Below, one piece after another: positions 15,767 through 34,639 of a DNA stretch of 64,000 nucleotides. The notes below the pieces were generated by a model. The model saw only the letters and a program-made list of their open reading frames with translations. It was not told the origin of the DNA and made no database searches. The DNA comes from the human T2T-CHM13v2.0 reference genome, Homo sapiens. The translations under genes and the position numbers were made by a program. The stretch's first letter is position 1, and each line of letters opens with the position of its first letter. The stretch is taken from NCBI RefSeq assembly GCF_009914755.1, contig NC_060941.1. One strand, given 5' to 3'.

Positions 15767-15969
15767 CTGGAGGGAGAGCCGAGAGAGAAGGGAGCGTGGG
15801 CACTGGTCCACCAGGACCGGCTGCTCTTCCCTGGGGGCTGCTGCAGGAAGACGGCTTAATCCCTGGGGCAGACTTGGTCCTTGCGAGGGAGGGGGAAGGA
15901 TTTGTGGACACAGCAGGACTGGTGTAGATGCTGTGAGAGGGGTCAGAGTAGGAGAATCTAACTGAAGAG

Positions 15970-15972
<3 letters not shown>

Positions 15973-16000
<28 letters not shown>

Positions 16001-16003
16001 GTG
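15973..16003. repeat. (TG)n microsatellite
   Basis: Direct inspection. Confidence 0.95.
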
Positions 16004-16009
16004 TATGCG

Positions 16010-16275
<266 letters not shown>

Positions 16276-16277
16276 TC

Positions 16278-16278
16278 T

Positions 16279-16312
<34 letters not shown>

Positions 16313-16360
16313 CTCTGTGTGTGTGTGTGTGAGAGAGAGAGAGAGGTAGAGAGAGAGAGA
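16278..16360. repeat. Compound (TG)n(AG)n microsatellite
   Basis: Direct inspection. Confidence 0.95.
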
Positions 16361-16597
16361 AAGCCCAGGCTGGGCTCTGGGTCCAGTCCCAGGACTAAAT
16401 CATCATGTCTTTCAGCCAATCAGTTAGATTCTTTGGGTCTCAATTAATCCGTAACATCCTTAAACGCTCACCCTGGCACCTCTGAGGGTGACTGCGAGGG
16501 CCAAAGACGTGATACTGGACATGAAACGCTTAGAAATACAAAAGGCCCATCAATGCCACGGACATCATTGGGGAGCGTGGAAGAGGCAGGAATTTAC

Positions 16598-16673
16598 CCT
16601 TCTTCTGTAGTTTCTGAATTGCTTCTCTCCACTCTGACCTCTCGTAGTCCGAGGACAGTAGGAACAGGTAACT
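16598..16673 (-). CDS. ABR: ABR exon ~12 (76 nt, 0-1), [28 protein letters not shown]-terminal helix
   Basis: cag|AGTTAC and AGG|gtaaat. Confidence 0.96.
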
Positions 16674-16764
16674 CTGAAGAGAGGAGATAAGAATAAAGTG
16701 GGTGACCACAGTCAGGCAAAGCGTACTCCCAGATCCTGGGGACCCCAACAAAGCTCCTTTTATC

Positions 16765-17068
16765 TTTTTTTTTTTTTTTTTTTTTGAGACAGAGTCTCGC
16801 TCTTGTTGCCCAGGCTCTAGTGCAATGGCAAAATCTCGGCTCACTGCAACCTCCACCTCCCGGGTTCACGCCAATCTCCTGCCTCAGCCTCCTGAGTAGC
16901 TGGGATTACAGGTGCCCACCACCACGCCCGGCTAATTTTTGTGTTTTTAGTAGAGACAGAGTTTTGCCATGTTGGCCAGGCTGGTCTCAAACTCTTGACC
17001 TCAGGTGATTCGCCTGCCTCAGCCTCCCAAAGTGCTGGGATGACAGGCATGAGCCACTGTGCCCGGCC
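16765..17068 (-). mobile_element. Alu about 90 bp from the exon 12 acceptor
   Basis: Alu consensus; TSD-like caaagctcct. Confidence 0.95.
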
Positions 17069-17373
17069 CAAAGCTCCTCCTTATCCAGGCACAGCTGACC
17101 TTGCAGGAGGAGGCAGCTGGGGGTGGGTGGGTGAAGGGGGAGCTCCTTCCTGGGAAGCCAAGGTGACAGGAGCGGCTGTGCCAGGGACGGCCAGCAGAGG
17201 GCACTCATTCCACACGAGAGGGGAGAGCGAGTCAACAGCTGGAGCCATGGCAGCCTCCTCAGGAAGAGGGGGCCTGAGTTTCCGGTTCGTACAGGTCAGG
17301 GCCAGGAGCCACAGAGTGGGCTGCTCTGGACTAAGGAAGGGGCTGTCTTGGTCCCACCCCCACCCATCCTGAC

Positions 17374-17496
17374 CTTTCCATTCCGATTGTGGATCCTGAA
17401 CGGGATTGTGGGGGAGTTGAGCAGCAGCAGGAACTCATTCTCAAACATCTTCTTCTTCAGGCGCTCGATGGCCCGGCTCTGGCCTTTGTTGGCTTT
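17374..17496 (-). CDS. ABR: ABR exon ~11 (123 nt, 0-0), [16 protein letters not shown]...HNRNGK
   Basis: gcag|AAAGCC and AAG|gtcagg. Confidence 0.96.
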
Positions 17497-18758
17497 CTGC
17501 AGGAGATGGGGACACAGAGGGTTCCCCTCACACTCGGGCCTTTCTCACGAGCAGCACTAAGCACGACACTCCACTGTGTGTTAACATGCTCTTTACATTT
17601 TCCGTATTTCGTGATGTTTTGACATCTTGTGGCAGGAGAGGCGGGTAGCTGGGTGAGAAACTGCTCCCCCACAGGGCTCACTAATTCCTAAGCCTGTCAG
17701 TGATGCCCTATGAGCACAGCTTTCATACACACACCCACTGATCCAGAGCCCATGTCCCCAACCACCTTCTCTACCCGACGCTCACTCGCCAAGCCAGCAT
17801 CTCCTCTGCCCCACGTCACCCAGGGCCAGGGACCAGGTCACCAGAGACCACTCCTCTAGCCCAGGGCTGCCGACATAACGGAAGCCAGCTGGTGCCAAGC
17901 CCTTTCCCTGCCCTGTTTCTCCACAGAAAAGCTGTGGCCACACTTTCTTTCCATTCCTGCCTCCTGTTCAAAGCTGGCACCTCTCCACGTGGCCCTGGGC
18001 GGGGTGCTATGCCTCCTTCTCTTGAGAACCCTAAATAATACAAATATTACAGTAGTATTAACCTCTCTGTACTGTCACTCTGCTGCCTCTACACATTAAA
18101 TCCTGGGTACAACAGAGACACCTGCTTAAAGAAACCTCAGACACCTTTCAGCCTGAAGCCCCACCTGCTAGCCTGGCACCAAGGCCCCCATGGCAGGGTT
18201 CCAGCCTCCCTGCCCGGCAGACAACCCACCAGGTCCCGTCGGCTCAGCCTCCCCCTCTCACCAGACATTCATCCTCTGCGGGCAGAGCCTGCTCCCTCAA
18301 TGTTCCAAGTTTCTGTCTGTTTCGTAAAGGACCCCCTCCCTTTTATTAACCACCATTATGCTTCAAGTCTCAGCTCCCAAGGCCATCCTCAAGCTCTTCA
18401 GTTAGAATTCACCTCTATGGTGTTTTGTTCTTTTTAACCCACTGGACTGGCAAAATTGTAAAGAATGTTCACAGCCAGTGTTGTGACACTGTGGGGGATA
18501 GTCACCCTCACACACCGCAGGGGGAATGCCACCAGTCACAGCTTTTTCAGAGGTAAAAGCCTGTCAATTAAGCGCACACTCACCCTGCCCTGCCCATCCC
18601 ACCTGGAGGGAACCTACTGCAGAGGCACCTGCGCAGTGATGTTTACTGTTGACTTGCCTGCTAAGAGCGAAGAATCAGAGACAATCCAAACACCCAAAAA
18701 CATTTGTATGCAGCCAAGCGACAGAGCAGGAGGCAGTTGTTAAAAAGAATCTGATACT

Positions 18759-19053
<295 letters not shown>

Positions 19054-19339
19054 GAATCTGATACATCCAAAGGGCTCAAAGACCCACTGTAGAGTAAAAT
19101 GCTGAAGTTGCAAAACAGCACGTGTAGTCTAGTCTCATTGGACACGCGGGCGCACACCAGCATAAGCAAAGAAGAGTTCAGAAGAATACACCTCAAACTG
19201 TCAGCAGCGGGAGGTGAGTGGCGACCAGCTTTACCCTGTACATGCTGGTACTACGAGCATTTCTCATTAAAACCAGCCAGTATTATATTGGGGATTAGAA
19301 AAAACATGAAAATTTAAAAAATTATTATCAAGAGAACAA

Positions 19340-20031
<692 letters not shown>

Positions 20032-20116
20032 CTAGGACATCCCCCAGCCCTGAACACTCCTGGGGCTGTAATGGTGATCTTGCTTTCCCCTGTTCAAAGG
20101 GAGATGCTTGAGTTGA

Positions 20117-20477
<361 letters not shown>

Positions 20478-20807
20478 TAACCACCTGTTTTCTACGTGTC
20501 GAATATGAGGAACATGGAACAGAAGAAAATAGCGCTGTCCCTGGAGTTCAAATTCCAGTGGGGAAGAGAGGAGTCTGACAATGCAATTACAATTCAGTAC
20601 CATTTAAGCAAAGCCACAGGTGAACAAAAAGCCACAGGATCTGGGGACAGGGCACCCAACCAAGACTGTGGTGGGCGTGGGTGTCAGAGAAGCTTCCCAG
20701 GGGTGGTGAGGCCTAAGCTGAACCTGAGAGGTGAGGAAAACAGACCAAGCTGACCAAACCGCTCCAGGCCCTTCCTCCACTCACAGGGATGCTCCTCCCG
20801 TGGTGCC

Positions 20808-21864
20808 TTCCTCTAGACACTGTTGTTACGTGAACTGAGGGCTATGCATGTTCCTCTAGACACTGTTGTTACGTGAACTGAGGGCTATACATGTTCCTCT
20901 AGACACTGCTGTTATGTGAACTGCGGGCTATGCGTGTTCCTCTAGACACTGTTGTTACGTGAACTGAGGGCTATGCATGTTCCTCTAGACGCTGTTGTTA
21001 TGTGAACTGAGGGCTATGCATGTTCCTCTAGACACTGTTGTTATGTGAACTGAGGGCTATGCATGTTCCTCTAGACACTGTTGTTATGTGAACTGAGGGC
21101 TATGCATGTTGCTCTAGACACTGTTGTTACGTGAACTGAGGGCTATGCATGTTCCTCTAGACGCTGCTGTTATGTGAACTGAGGGCTATGCATGTTCCTC
21201 CAGACACTGTTGTTATGTGAACTGAGGGCTATGCATGTTCCTCCAGACACTGTTGTTATGTGAACTGAGGGCTATGCATGTTCCTCTAGACGCTGCTGTT
21301 ATGTGAACTGAGGGCTATGCATGTTCCTCTAGACACTGTTGTTACGTGAACTGAGGGCTATGCATGTTCCTCTAGCACTGCTGTTACGTGAACTGAGGGC
21401 TATGCATGTTCCTCTAGACGCTGCTGTTATGTGAACTGAGGGCTATGCATGTTCCTCTAGACACTGTTGTTATGTGAACTGAGGGCTATGCATGTTCCTC
21501 CAGACACTGTTGTTATGTGAACTGAGGGCTATGCATGTTCCTCTAGACACTGCTGTTATGTGAACTGAGGGCTATGCATGTTCCTCTAGACACTGTTGTT
21601 ACGTGAACTGAGGGCTATGCATGTTCCTCTAGCACTGCTGTTACGTGAACTGAGGGCTATGCATGTTCCTCCAGACACTGTTGTTATGTGAACTGAGGGC
21701 TATGCATGTTCCTCTAGACACTGTTGTTATGTGAACTGAGGGCTATGCATGTTCCTCTAGACACTGTTATGTGAACTGAGGGTTATGCATGTTCCTCTAG
21801 ACACTGTTGTTATGTGAACTGAGGGCTATGCATGTTCCTCTAGACACTGTTGTTATGTGAACTG

Positions 21865-21886
<22 letters not shown>
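20808..21886. repeat. 43-bp VNTR x~25
   Basis: CCTCTAGACACTGTTGTTA(T/C)GTGAACTGAGGGCTATGCATGTT; starts at 20810, 20853... Confidence 0.98.
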
Positions 21887-22727
<841 letters not shown>

Positions 22728-22811
22728 CCTCCCAGGTCTTTTTCCTTGCACAGGTCCTGCTTTTCCTTACAAAAGCCTGCTTTTTCTTCTCTTGCTTCCC
22801 TCTACCTCCAC

Positions 22812-23175
<364 letters not shown>

Positions 23176-23356
23176 TGAAATCCTGAGCACTGACCCCCTC
23201 GATCTGCTTGGAGCTACTGTAGTCGGGGTCTTTCCCTTAGTAACTACACACTCAAGGCTCCCTCTCAAAGTCTCAAACCTTACAACTTCCCGCCTCCACC
23301 TCCCCCAACACAGCTGGCTCAAAGGGCCCCAGGCTCAGATACCAAGCTCTGCTCAC

Positions 23357-23522
23357 CTCCTTCTGGATTTCACTCTTGAGGGCAGAGATCTTCATCTTCA
23401 TGTCCTCCAGCTCATGGTCTGGGAAGGGGTGCACCTGGGGGCTGGCCTCAGATTCCTCGGGGGATGGAAACACCAGGTCGGCCAGGGGGATGTACCACTT
23501 ACAGTCATACTGCTGGTGCTTC
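23357..23522 (-). CDS. ABR: ABR exon ~10 (166 nt, 2-0), [13 protein letters not shown]...SEIQKE
   Basis: cag|GAAGCAC and GAG|gtgagc; peptide is in ORF 23273..23734. Confidence 0.97.
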
Positions 23523-24081
23523 CTGCAAACGAGCCAGAGGGAGCCATGAGCCAGAGGGAGCCTGGCTCTTCCAGCCTCAACTCTTGGGTCCAGAACCACA
23601 GAACCACTGACAGGGGTTGACTGAGAACTCGCCAGAAGCACGAACGATCCCTGCTCCTGAGGAGCCTGATTGGGAAACACACACTGGAGTGATGAAAGCT
23701 GGGTTCTGGGGTCCGCCCCGCCCGCAGGGAGCAACTCCGCCCCTTCACCTTACCAGGCTTCTGGCCCAGATGACTCGTGTTGTCAAACATCCCAAACCAC
23801 TTAGGTATCAAGAAGAGCGAAGCCTTCCTGGCTGGGCTCACATTTTCCTATTCCCCACGACAATCCCCTCCCTCCCTTCTAGACTATCCGTGTTCAATAT
23901 CCTTCAGGCTAGCAATGGAATACAGGTGTTATTCCAAATGCCACCTCTTATCAAGAGTGGTCACATGGGTCAACACTGGGTGGAGGATTACAAAGCCACA
24001 TCCAAGTCTAGCAAGAAAGTGTGCCCTAGTTGATTAGTAATGTCTGCCATGGCAAAGGACGGCAGGCAGAGGCATATGTGA

Positions 24082-24561
<480 letters not shown>

Positions 24562-25648
24562 TAGATTTGCACTTCTCATTCTGACCCTTGAGTGTTGAGG
24601 TGGGCGTGGGGCTTGCTCCCCCTGAGCTATACTTGGGGGCACAGCCAGCCAGGGAGGGCTGAAGGGAGAGGTAGGATAGCCTGGTGGTGTAACACACTGG
24701 CTGTGGAGTCCCCTGTGCTGTACTTGGGGGCACAGCCAACCAGGGAGGGCTGAAGGGAGAGGCAAGATAGCCTGATGGTAAACGAGTCCCACAGACACGG
24801 GTTTGAATCCAGACTGCCGCTTCTCAGCCGTGAGAAGGGGTGTGCTTGGCACACTGCAGTTGATCACTAAGTGTGGGTGGAAGAATGTGTGAATGAACGC
24901 AGAATGAGCCTCTGCTCAAGGCACAGAGCAGACCCACACTCCCGGGTAGAGAGAAGGAGGCTCAAAGGAGCTTGCACATCAGCTTGGGGTTCCAGTCCCA
25001 CCCTCCCGGGTAGAGAGAAGGAGGCTCAAAGGAGTTTGCACGTCAGCTTGGGGTTCCAGTCCCACCTGTGCCTCTAGCTGTGCGAGCTTGGGCTGCTTAT
25101 TTACCTTCTCCAAGACTCCTCTCTCATCTATGATTAGGGAACAACAGTCGCTACTTTGTGGAGGTGTTGGGAGGACTAGAAATCATGTATTCAAAGCATG
25201 TGTCACGGCACCTGGCATGGCATAAACCCTCAATAAATAGTAGCAGGAGACGTGGTGAATATTCACAGCACTGCAGTTAGCAGAAATTCAGAGATGTCTA
25301 ATAAAAGGAGAATGCTTAAGTAGACGATGGCACATCTACGGGTAACATCGTGCAGGAAAGTAAAAGGATGATTATGAAGATGAGGCAGCAACAGGGAAAA
25401 TGCTTATGACACGAAACAGAAACAGCAGAGCCCCAAATTGGGCATTCACAGTGATTACGACTGTGTGAAGAAACATGAGAACATTTAAAAACAGGGAAGG
25501 AAGCAGCGCGGCAGGAGTCGGACCTCATGCTTCAATGGGGGACGGGGTTTCCTCCAATGGCCTTATATTATCTTTATAATTAAAAACATGACTTACTTTC
25601 AGGAAAAAAGGCTATGTAGTGAAATTAAGTTAATTAATATAGTTTTTA

Positions 25649-26248
<600 letters not shown>

Positions 26249-26260
<12 letters not shown>

Positions 26261-26370
26261 TTCTTCAGCTTGGCACACAGTAGGACATCTGTAAAGAGGA
26301 AGACGTGCCGCAGCTTCCGGGAGCTCTCTGACACTTCCACCAGGAAGCCGTCCTTCACCAGCTGTCGCGT
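26249..26370 (-). CDS. ABR: ABR exon ~9 (122 nt, 0-2), [10 protein letters not shown]...KLKKTSA(G), start of PH domain
   Basis: cag|ACGCGA and AGG|gtgagt; [16 protein letters not shown] motif. Confidence 0.97.
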
Positions 26371-27160
26371 CTGAGGGAGATGGCAGACCCCCCAGCCTGC
26401 TCAGAGGGGAATGCGGCCGAGGGCAGAGCCTGCACACGGGGGCACGGCCAGCCAGGGAGGACTGGACCGAGAGGCGGCATAGCCTGTCATCCCTTAACCA
26501 AAGGTGGTTCAAGCACTGCCTTTGGAGTCACATGGGCATGGGTTTGAATGCCAACAGGCTTCTCAGCTGTGATCTCAGACAGGCTCCCTGACCTCTCTGA
26601 ATCCCAGATTCACCTTCTGTTAAGTGCGGACAGTGAGGTCTGCCTCATAAGGTGACTCATCGAGATGGTGCATGTGAAACAGCACAGTGCCTGGCACATT
26701 AAGTGTGTGCAACGCACGGGGCTCTCCGCGGCTAACCCTGGAGCCCCCTGCCCGGGACGACCTGGTTTCTCCACCCTGGGGCACGAACATCCCTGTTTGC
26801 AATCCCTCCCGACCGCGGCGGCGAACTTCATCTAGCCCCGGCTCAACCGAGACCCGAGACCCGAGACCCACTCAGGCCTGTCTGTGCTACTCCTCCCTGG
26901 CTTCTCCAGCCCCCTGGGGATGAGACCTGGGCCCTCCAGCCTGGGACTGCAGCAGTGCCCAGAGGGGACCTGCAGCCAACTCTAACCTGGGCTCTGGGTG
27001 GTTTCTGCTCCACGTGGGAGTTCCAGAGTTTCCAACCCCCGCTCAGAGCCGGGGGGTCGTCCCCATCTGTGCCAGCCTTTCCTGTATGATACACGGTGTG
27101 ACCTACATCTGCTGTAATACGTAGGTGAGCGTATTCAAAGTATACAATTAAGATGACCGA

Positions 27161-27450
27161 GGCCGGGCGCGGTGGTTCACACCTGTCATCCCAGCAATTT
27201 GGGAGGCTGAGGCGGGTGGATCACCTGAGGTCAGGAGTTTGAGACCAGCCTGGCCAACGTGGCGAAACCCCGTCTCTACTAAAAATACAAAAACTAGCCA
27301 GACATGGTGACGCCTGCCTGTAATCTCAGCTACTTGGGAGGATGAGGCAGGAGAACTGCTTGAACCCAGAGGGTGGAGGCTGCAGTGGAGCTGAGGTCAC
27401 GCCATTGCACTCCAGCCTGGACGATGGAATGAGATTCAGTCTCAAAAAAA
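27161..27450 (+). mobile_element. Alu
   Basis: Alu consensus. Confidence 0.95.
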
Positions 27451-28112
27451 GGATGACTGAAAACGGAGGGTACGCTAAGCCCTCTGGAGATTTTTCAGAT
27501 ATCCCCAGAGTAAAACAGACGACGGGATCCCCAGACGCTGCACATCAGCACCAGGAGCCGCACGGAATCGGCTCTCTCTGCCCAGTGGACACTGTCCAGG
27601 CCTGTCCCTCACCACTTTCTCCCCAGGAGACCCTGGGGGCTCGTAAACAGACCACAGGAGCAGACACCCTGTCAGCCTCACTCGTAACGGCCGCCTAATG
27701 GCCTCCCCTGGACAGGAAGCCTTTCACCCGGGCCCGGCTGCCAATCCACGAAGGCAACTGTCCCTCTCATGCTTCCTGGTACTCCCCTTGCTGGGCTGTC
27801 CCCACCCTTGCATCAAGAAGGGCCCCCAGGGAACGGCTGTCCCACATGCAGGTGCCCACTGGACATTCCGGCAACCTGGACGGCCTCCACCACCTCCAAC
27901 GCCAGCCTTTCCTGCTGTGGGCTCCCCGCAAGCCACTGCGTGTGCAGGCCGAGCTGAAGCAGCTCCAAGCTCCTGCTCCCTTCGCTTCCTAGGAGACCCT
28001 GACGGCATCACACTGGCCAGAGGCAGGTGTCTGCATTCAAGAATGAGGCACCCGGAGGCCACTTCCCCGGCGTGGGCCTCCAGACAGTCCCAGGTGAGGA
28101 ATCCAGCTCTGA

Positions 28113-28482
<370 letters not shown>

Positions 28483-28635
28483 TCCCTAGATTATTATGAG
28501 GATTAATGAGACACTGGACTTAAACTTCTCAGCCTAGGGCCTGGAAAGCTGCAGGTCATCAGGGTGACCAAGGGCTGAAAACCTCTCCTTGGCTGGGAAT
28601 GGGGGATCAGGATTGGAGAGGCAGGAGGCACCCGG

Positions 28636-28952
28636 TGCCGCCCGTGTGTGAGAGAAGGGGACGAGGGACCTGCCGCCCGTGTGTGAGAGAAGGGGACGAG
28701 GGACCTGCCGCCCGTGTGTGAGAGAAGGGGACGAGGGACCTGCCGCCCGTGTGTGAGAGAAGGGGACGAGGGACCTGCCGCCCGTGTGTGAGAGAAGGGG
28801 ACGAGGGACCTGCCGCCCGTGTGTGAGAGAAGGGGACGAGGGACCTGCCGCCCGTGTGTGAGAGAAGGGGACGAGGGACCTGCCGCCCGTGTGTGAGAGA
28901 AGGGGACGAGGGACCTGCCGCCCGTGTGTGAGAGAAGGGGACGAGGGACCTG
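28636..28952. repeat. 35-bp VNTR, 9 apparently identical copies
   Basis: GCCGCCCGTGTGTGAGAGAAGGGGACGAGGGACCT. Confidence 0.98.
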
Positions 28953-28998
28953 ATACTTCTCAGCCTGGGTGAGGGGCCGTGCCGGGCTCTGAGCTCAC

Positions 28999-29139
28999 CT
29001 CCCCCTTGGGCGTTGTCACTGCAGTCCGGCGGGGGTCGATGTCCTCGTTGATGCTGGACAGGAAGTTCTGGGAGATGCGGAGGGCATCCTGCAGCAGCGG
29101 GTAGTCGGGGTGGTCCACAGGTGTGTGCTTCAGCAGGTC
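28999..29139 (-). CDS. ABR: ABR exon ~8 (141 nt, 0-0), [13 protein letters not shown]...TTPKGE, end of DH domain
   Basis: cag|GACCTG and GAG|gtgagc; LLKHTP..HPD DH signature. Confidence 0.97.
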
Positions 29140-29283
29140 CTGGGAAGGGTGAGGCGGTGAGTTGAGGGGAGCGGCTCTGGGGCCTGATGTGTGGCCACCG
29201 GGGAGTGCTCAGTCCCCATCCAAAGGGTGGGCACTCAGGGACCTGCCTAATTCCCGCAAAATCTGAACTACAAATCAGAGTCA

Positions 29284-29684
<401 letters not shown>

Positions 29685-30010
29685 TCATCCCCCCGAGCAG
29701 CTGGGAGAGAAACCCTGTGTCTGCCCTGCAGCTGCTCCAAGGACACTGGAGACCAGGAGGCAGCGGGTGGGGAAGCAGGAATGCCTGCCTCCCCGGGAGC
29801 ACCTGGCCACGTCAAGCTTAGTAGCCAAGCTGTATTCAGGCCCTAGCCTGGCGGCACGGATACCGCGGGCCAGACAGGCATCCTTGGAGCCTAGGAACCC
29901 CTGATTCCCCAGGTGGACTGTTCTCGGTGACTCCAGCACCCTCTCACCCAGGCTCAGTCTTCCACTGAACTCCTAAGCCCTCTCTGGCCATTCGGAGGCT
30001 TGACACTCAC

Positions 30011-30063
30011 GTGTAGGACTAGGGTGCTCCGAGTGACCCGGTCAATGGGCTTGTAGAGCAGAG
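30011..30063 (-). CDS. ABR: ABR exon ~7 (53 nt, 1-0), (A)LLYKPIDRVTRSTLVLH
   Basis: cag|CTCTG and CAC|gtgagt; conserved DH CR3 motif. Confidence 0.96.
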
Positions 30064-30404
30064 CTGTCGGGGGAGACAGGGAGAAGGAGGAAGAGGATGA
30101 TGGACGAGGGCAACCCAACACCCCAGAGACCAGCTTCGTCCCCCCACCCGCATGCTTCCCACGTGAACACCCCTCGAGGGACACCAGAGTGAGCCCACGG
30201 CAGCCCCCACCTCTGTTCTCACTCCCCGGGCCGACCAAACAGCAGACACAGGTGACACACAGCCCTGGCAGCCCCTGCTCCCTCCGCAGCCCTGCCTCCT
30301 CTCCCATCAGACATGGCTTCATCGAGAGCCGCCCCGCCCCCCTCCCCAGGCCTGTCCTGGCCTCACCTGGCTCAAGGCAGATGCTCTCCTGGACCCCCAG
30401 CCCT

Positions 30405-30870
30405 GAATCACACAGCTCCACCCAGCCACGCCCCGAAGAGTCCAGCACACCTGCCACACGCAGGACCCCAGAATCACACAGCTCCACCCAGCCACGCCCC
30501 GAAGAGTCCAGCACACCTGCCACACGCAGGACCCCAGAATCACACAGCTCCACCCAGCCACGCCCCGCAGAGTCTAGCACACCTGCCACACGCAGGACCC
30601 CAGAATCACACAGCTCCACCCAGCCACGCCCCGTAGAGTCCAGCACACCTGCCACACGCAGAACCCCAGAATCACACAGCTCCACCCAGCCATGCCCTGC
30701 AGAGTCTAGCACACCTGCCACATGCAGGACCCCAGAATCACACAGCTCCACCCAGCCACGCCCCGCAGAGTCCAGCATACCTGCCACACGCAGAACCCCA
30801 GAATCACACAGCTCCACCCAGCCATGCCCTGCAGAGTCTAGCACACCTGCCACATGCAGGACCCCAGAAT
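30405..30870. repeat. 66-bp VNTR x7
   Basis: GAATCACACAGCTCCACCCAGCCACGCCCCGCAGAGTCCAGCACACCTGCCACACGCAGGACCCCA; gives the 22-aa repeats in the ORF track. Confidence 0.97.
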
Positions 30871-31039
30871 GGGGGAAGGAGACATGCTGTGTTTCCAGGA
30901 AGGGCAGCTCTCCAGACCTTATCATTCTCAGGCTCCTGGAGCTGAAGGCCAGGCACAGCCAGCTGGGATTGGCATGCCTCACTGTGATCCACAGGACTGG
31001 CCTCATCTCTCAGAGGAAAGACCCCTCCCCACATCCTCA

Positions 31040-31348
<309 letters not shown>

Positions 31349-32114
31349 GGCTGTGCTCTCAAACACGTGGCAGCCTGAGGGGCAAAGGTTTCCTGAAGCA
31401 ACTCAGGTTAGGCCTCACATATGAGAGCCCCAAAGAGGCTGGGAGGACGCAGGCAAGGCCAGCCCAGGCCCCCAAGAGCCACACCCTCCACAACCCGGAC
31501 ACCAAGTGAGGATGGCTGGGATTCAGCAGGGACAGGTGGAGGTGGCAGCTGGTGGATCAACACTTCCCAACACCCTTCCTGTACGCGGCTGCGCCCACCC
31601 TCCCAACAGGAGGCTCAGCTTCAGTCCTGCACCTGGATGCTCTGTCCCTGGGGTCATGACCTTGGGCCTCCTGCCGCAGGGGCAGTGACAGAGGCAGGTT
31701 GGTCATCTGGGAAGAAGGATCCCAGACTGGGTGTCCCATAAGACCAGGTTGTGACAGGTCCCAGCGTGAACACGCACGCCCTAGCCGGGCCCCAAACCTG
31801 ATAGTTCTCCAAAGCCTGAGATATAAATACCCCGTGCGCGGCTAAGCAGACACTTCAGGGAGCAATCTGCTGGCTGTGAAGAAAATGCAGCCTCAGCAGG
31901 GCCACCAGCCTTACCCGCAGTCCGAGCTTGGCTGCCTGTCGGAATCACTGGGGGAGCGGTTAAAAGATACAGATGCTGCTCCCCAGCCCCGTCAACTCAA
32001 CCCAAATCTCTGCAAGACCACAAGGGCCATCAGCATTTCTATAAAGCTTCTTTACTGATTTGAATGTATAATAATGGTTGAAAACCACTGCTTTATGTTT
32101 TATTTATGTATTTA

Positions 32115-32633
<519 letters not shown>

Positions 32634-34490
32634 TTATCTAGCAGTTTCCAGAGACCCTCCCCATGGGCCATGGAAGCTTGAAGGAATGAGGCCAGTCTTG
32701 GGGTATCCTCGGCACTGAGGGTGCAGCCCAGGTCCTAGCTCAGGTGGGATCCATTTCTGAGGCTGTTTAAGGCACCCACCTGTGGCTCAGCCCATCTTCA
32801 GGGGGAAAAAATCACACTGGAGAACCCCAGAGACCCAAAAGAAAGCACAAGCTCAGCAGACACCTGCCAGGGTGGGCTCCGGAGTGGCGGCTCCACAGAA
32901 AGCTGACACTGCATTATCGGCTCCCCGCAGCCCTCTCTTGGGTCCCAAGAGGAAGAGGTTTCTGACTAAGCTCAGAGGTCTGAACACATGGCAGGTTGGG
33001 TTTCAGAGGGGTTATTAACATGTCTGTGGTCACCTCCAGAGTCCACCTGAGTAAGGCTGTGGAATGAGCCCTGGAAGGGCGGCCAGGAGGGCAGGTGCAC
33101 GGGGGGGGTGGGGGTGGGGGGGGTGGCGGCACTGGGACCACATCAGATACGGAGGGAACCGGGGGAATAAGAGCGGCCCTGAAGTTTGTGCTCCCCACGG
33201 CCCCTGCACGCTGGGGTCCCCTGAGAACTCAGGGTGAGGCACTCGCTCTGGCCCTTCCCCTGTCCCTGGGCTCCTGCAGGCTGGCCTGCTTCCTGCCCGG
33301 CCTCACCCACTCTCCCTCTCCACTGACACTGACTTGGGCAGCAAGCTGGTCTCTCTCTAGTTTGCTGGGTACTCGCTCTGTGCCCAAGGGTACTGAGTTA
33401 ACTGCTTTGCTCTCATTATTTCCTGTGATTAAAACGGGAAGCAATTCTCACTAGCCCCATTTTACAGACAAGGCAACTGAGGCCAGAGACTTGTGGCTAC
33501 AAGTGGTGGGAGCTGGGTAGATCCACCCGCACTCCTTGCTTTGAGCTGCACCTTCTTCAGGGAAAGGCAGCACCTGTAAAACCTCAATGAACCACAGGAG
33601 CGTTCTTGGAAAGAGTGACCAGGATGGGGTGAGCCCCCTCCTCACGAGCTGGCCCTTTCACTCCTCATTCCCCACTTTGAAGCCGACTTCAACAACAGTA
33701 TCACGGAGACCGAAGCAACGTGAACTCCAGGTCCCAGGTCCGTTTCACTGAGTCGAAGCTTCCTTTTGGGGAAGGGAGAGGAAGCCAAGGGTACGTTTCC
33801 TTTTCAGGGAGGCAGAGTCAAGACCTGACCAACTCCTAGGCCAGACCAAAAAGACCATTTCTCCTCTGATCGCTGACCAGGCCAATTTCAAGTGAGAACA
33901 GGGTTCCTGCAGCCGCCCTGCTGGGCCGCAGGAGAGAGGCTGCCTCAGAGCTTGCTTCCATCAAGAGGGTCCTGAGAAGGTCAGGGGGCACTGGCCCCAC
34001 ACAGCCCCTCCAGCACAGCCGCCCCTGGGAAGGAGCCCAGGAAACCTGCCATCTCTCTTCCGGCAAGCCACCATCCCCCTCAAGTCAGCCTTCGACAAGG
34101 AGCTCCAAGGAGCTCCAGGTTACCAGGGAGATAGGAAAGCAAAGTGACTGAGAAGGGTGCAGAGCCGAAACACCTGGTGGGAAGGAAGAGGAAGGTCCTA
34201 AAACCAGCCGCCTGCTGCTCCCACAGACTCAGGCCCAGAGCAGCCGGCCTGGGAGCCACACGTGCCCACCCCACTCCCTGCCACAGGCAGGCAGGGCACC
34301 CCTTGGCACGTCTTGCCTCTTGAGGCAGGGTCCACGGGCTTCTGGACACCTCCCTACCTGGGCCGGCTTCATCCTCCTACGACCGACAGTCGTGTTGATG
34401 ACATGCACCTGTCCCGGGACTTCCCCCCAGCCCCCAGCCAGCTGCGGGAGCTGCAAGGAGGATGGTCCGGGTCCCTTCCACCGAAAGGTG

Positions 34491-34517
34491 GTGTGTGTGT
34501 GTGTGTGTGTGTGTGTG
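34491..34517. repeat. (GT)n microsatellite
   Basis: Direct inspection. Confidence 0.95.
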
Positions 34518-34639
34518 ACCTTCACAGAGTAGCTTGCCACACCCCTCTCCCGCTGGCCCTGCCGACCTGCCTTCCACAGTTGAGGGCCCAGACCTCGGCT
34601 GGGGGTCTCTCACGGCTGGAAACAAACCTCTCCTTCCTG

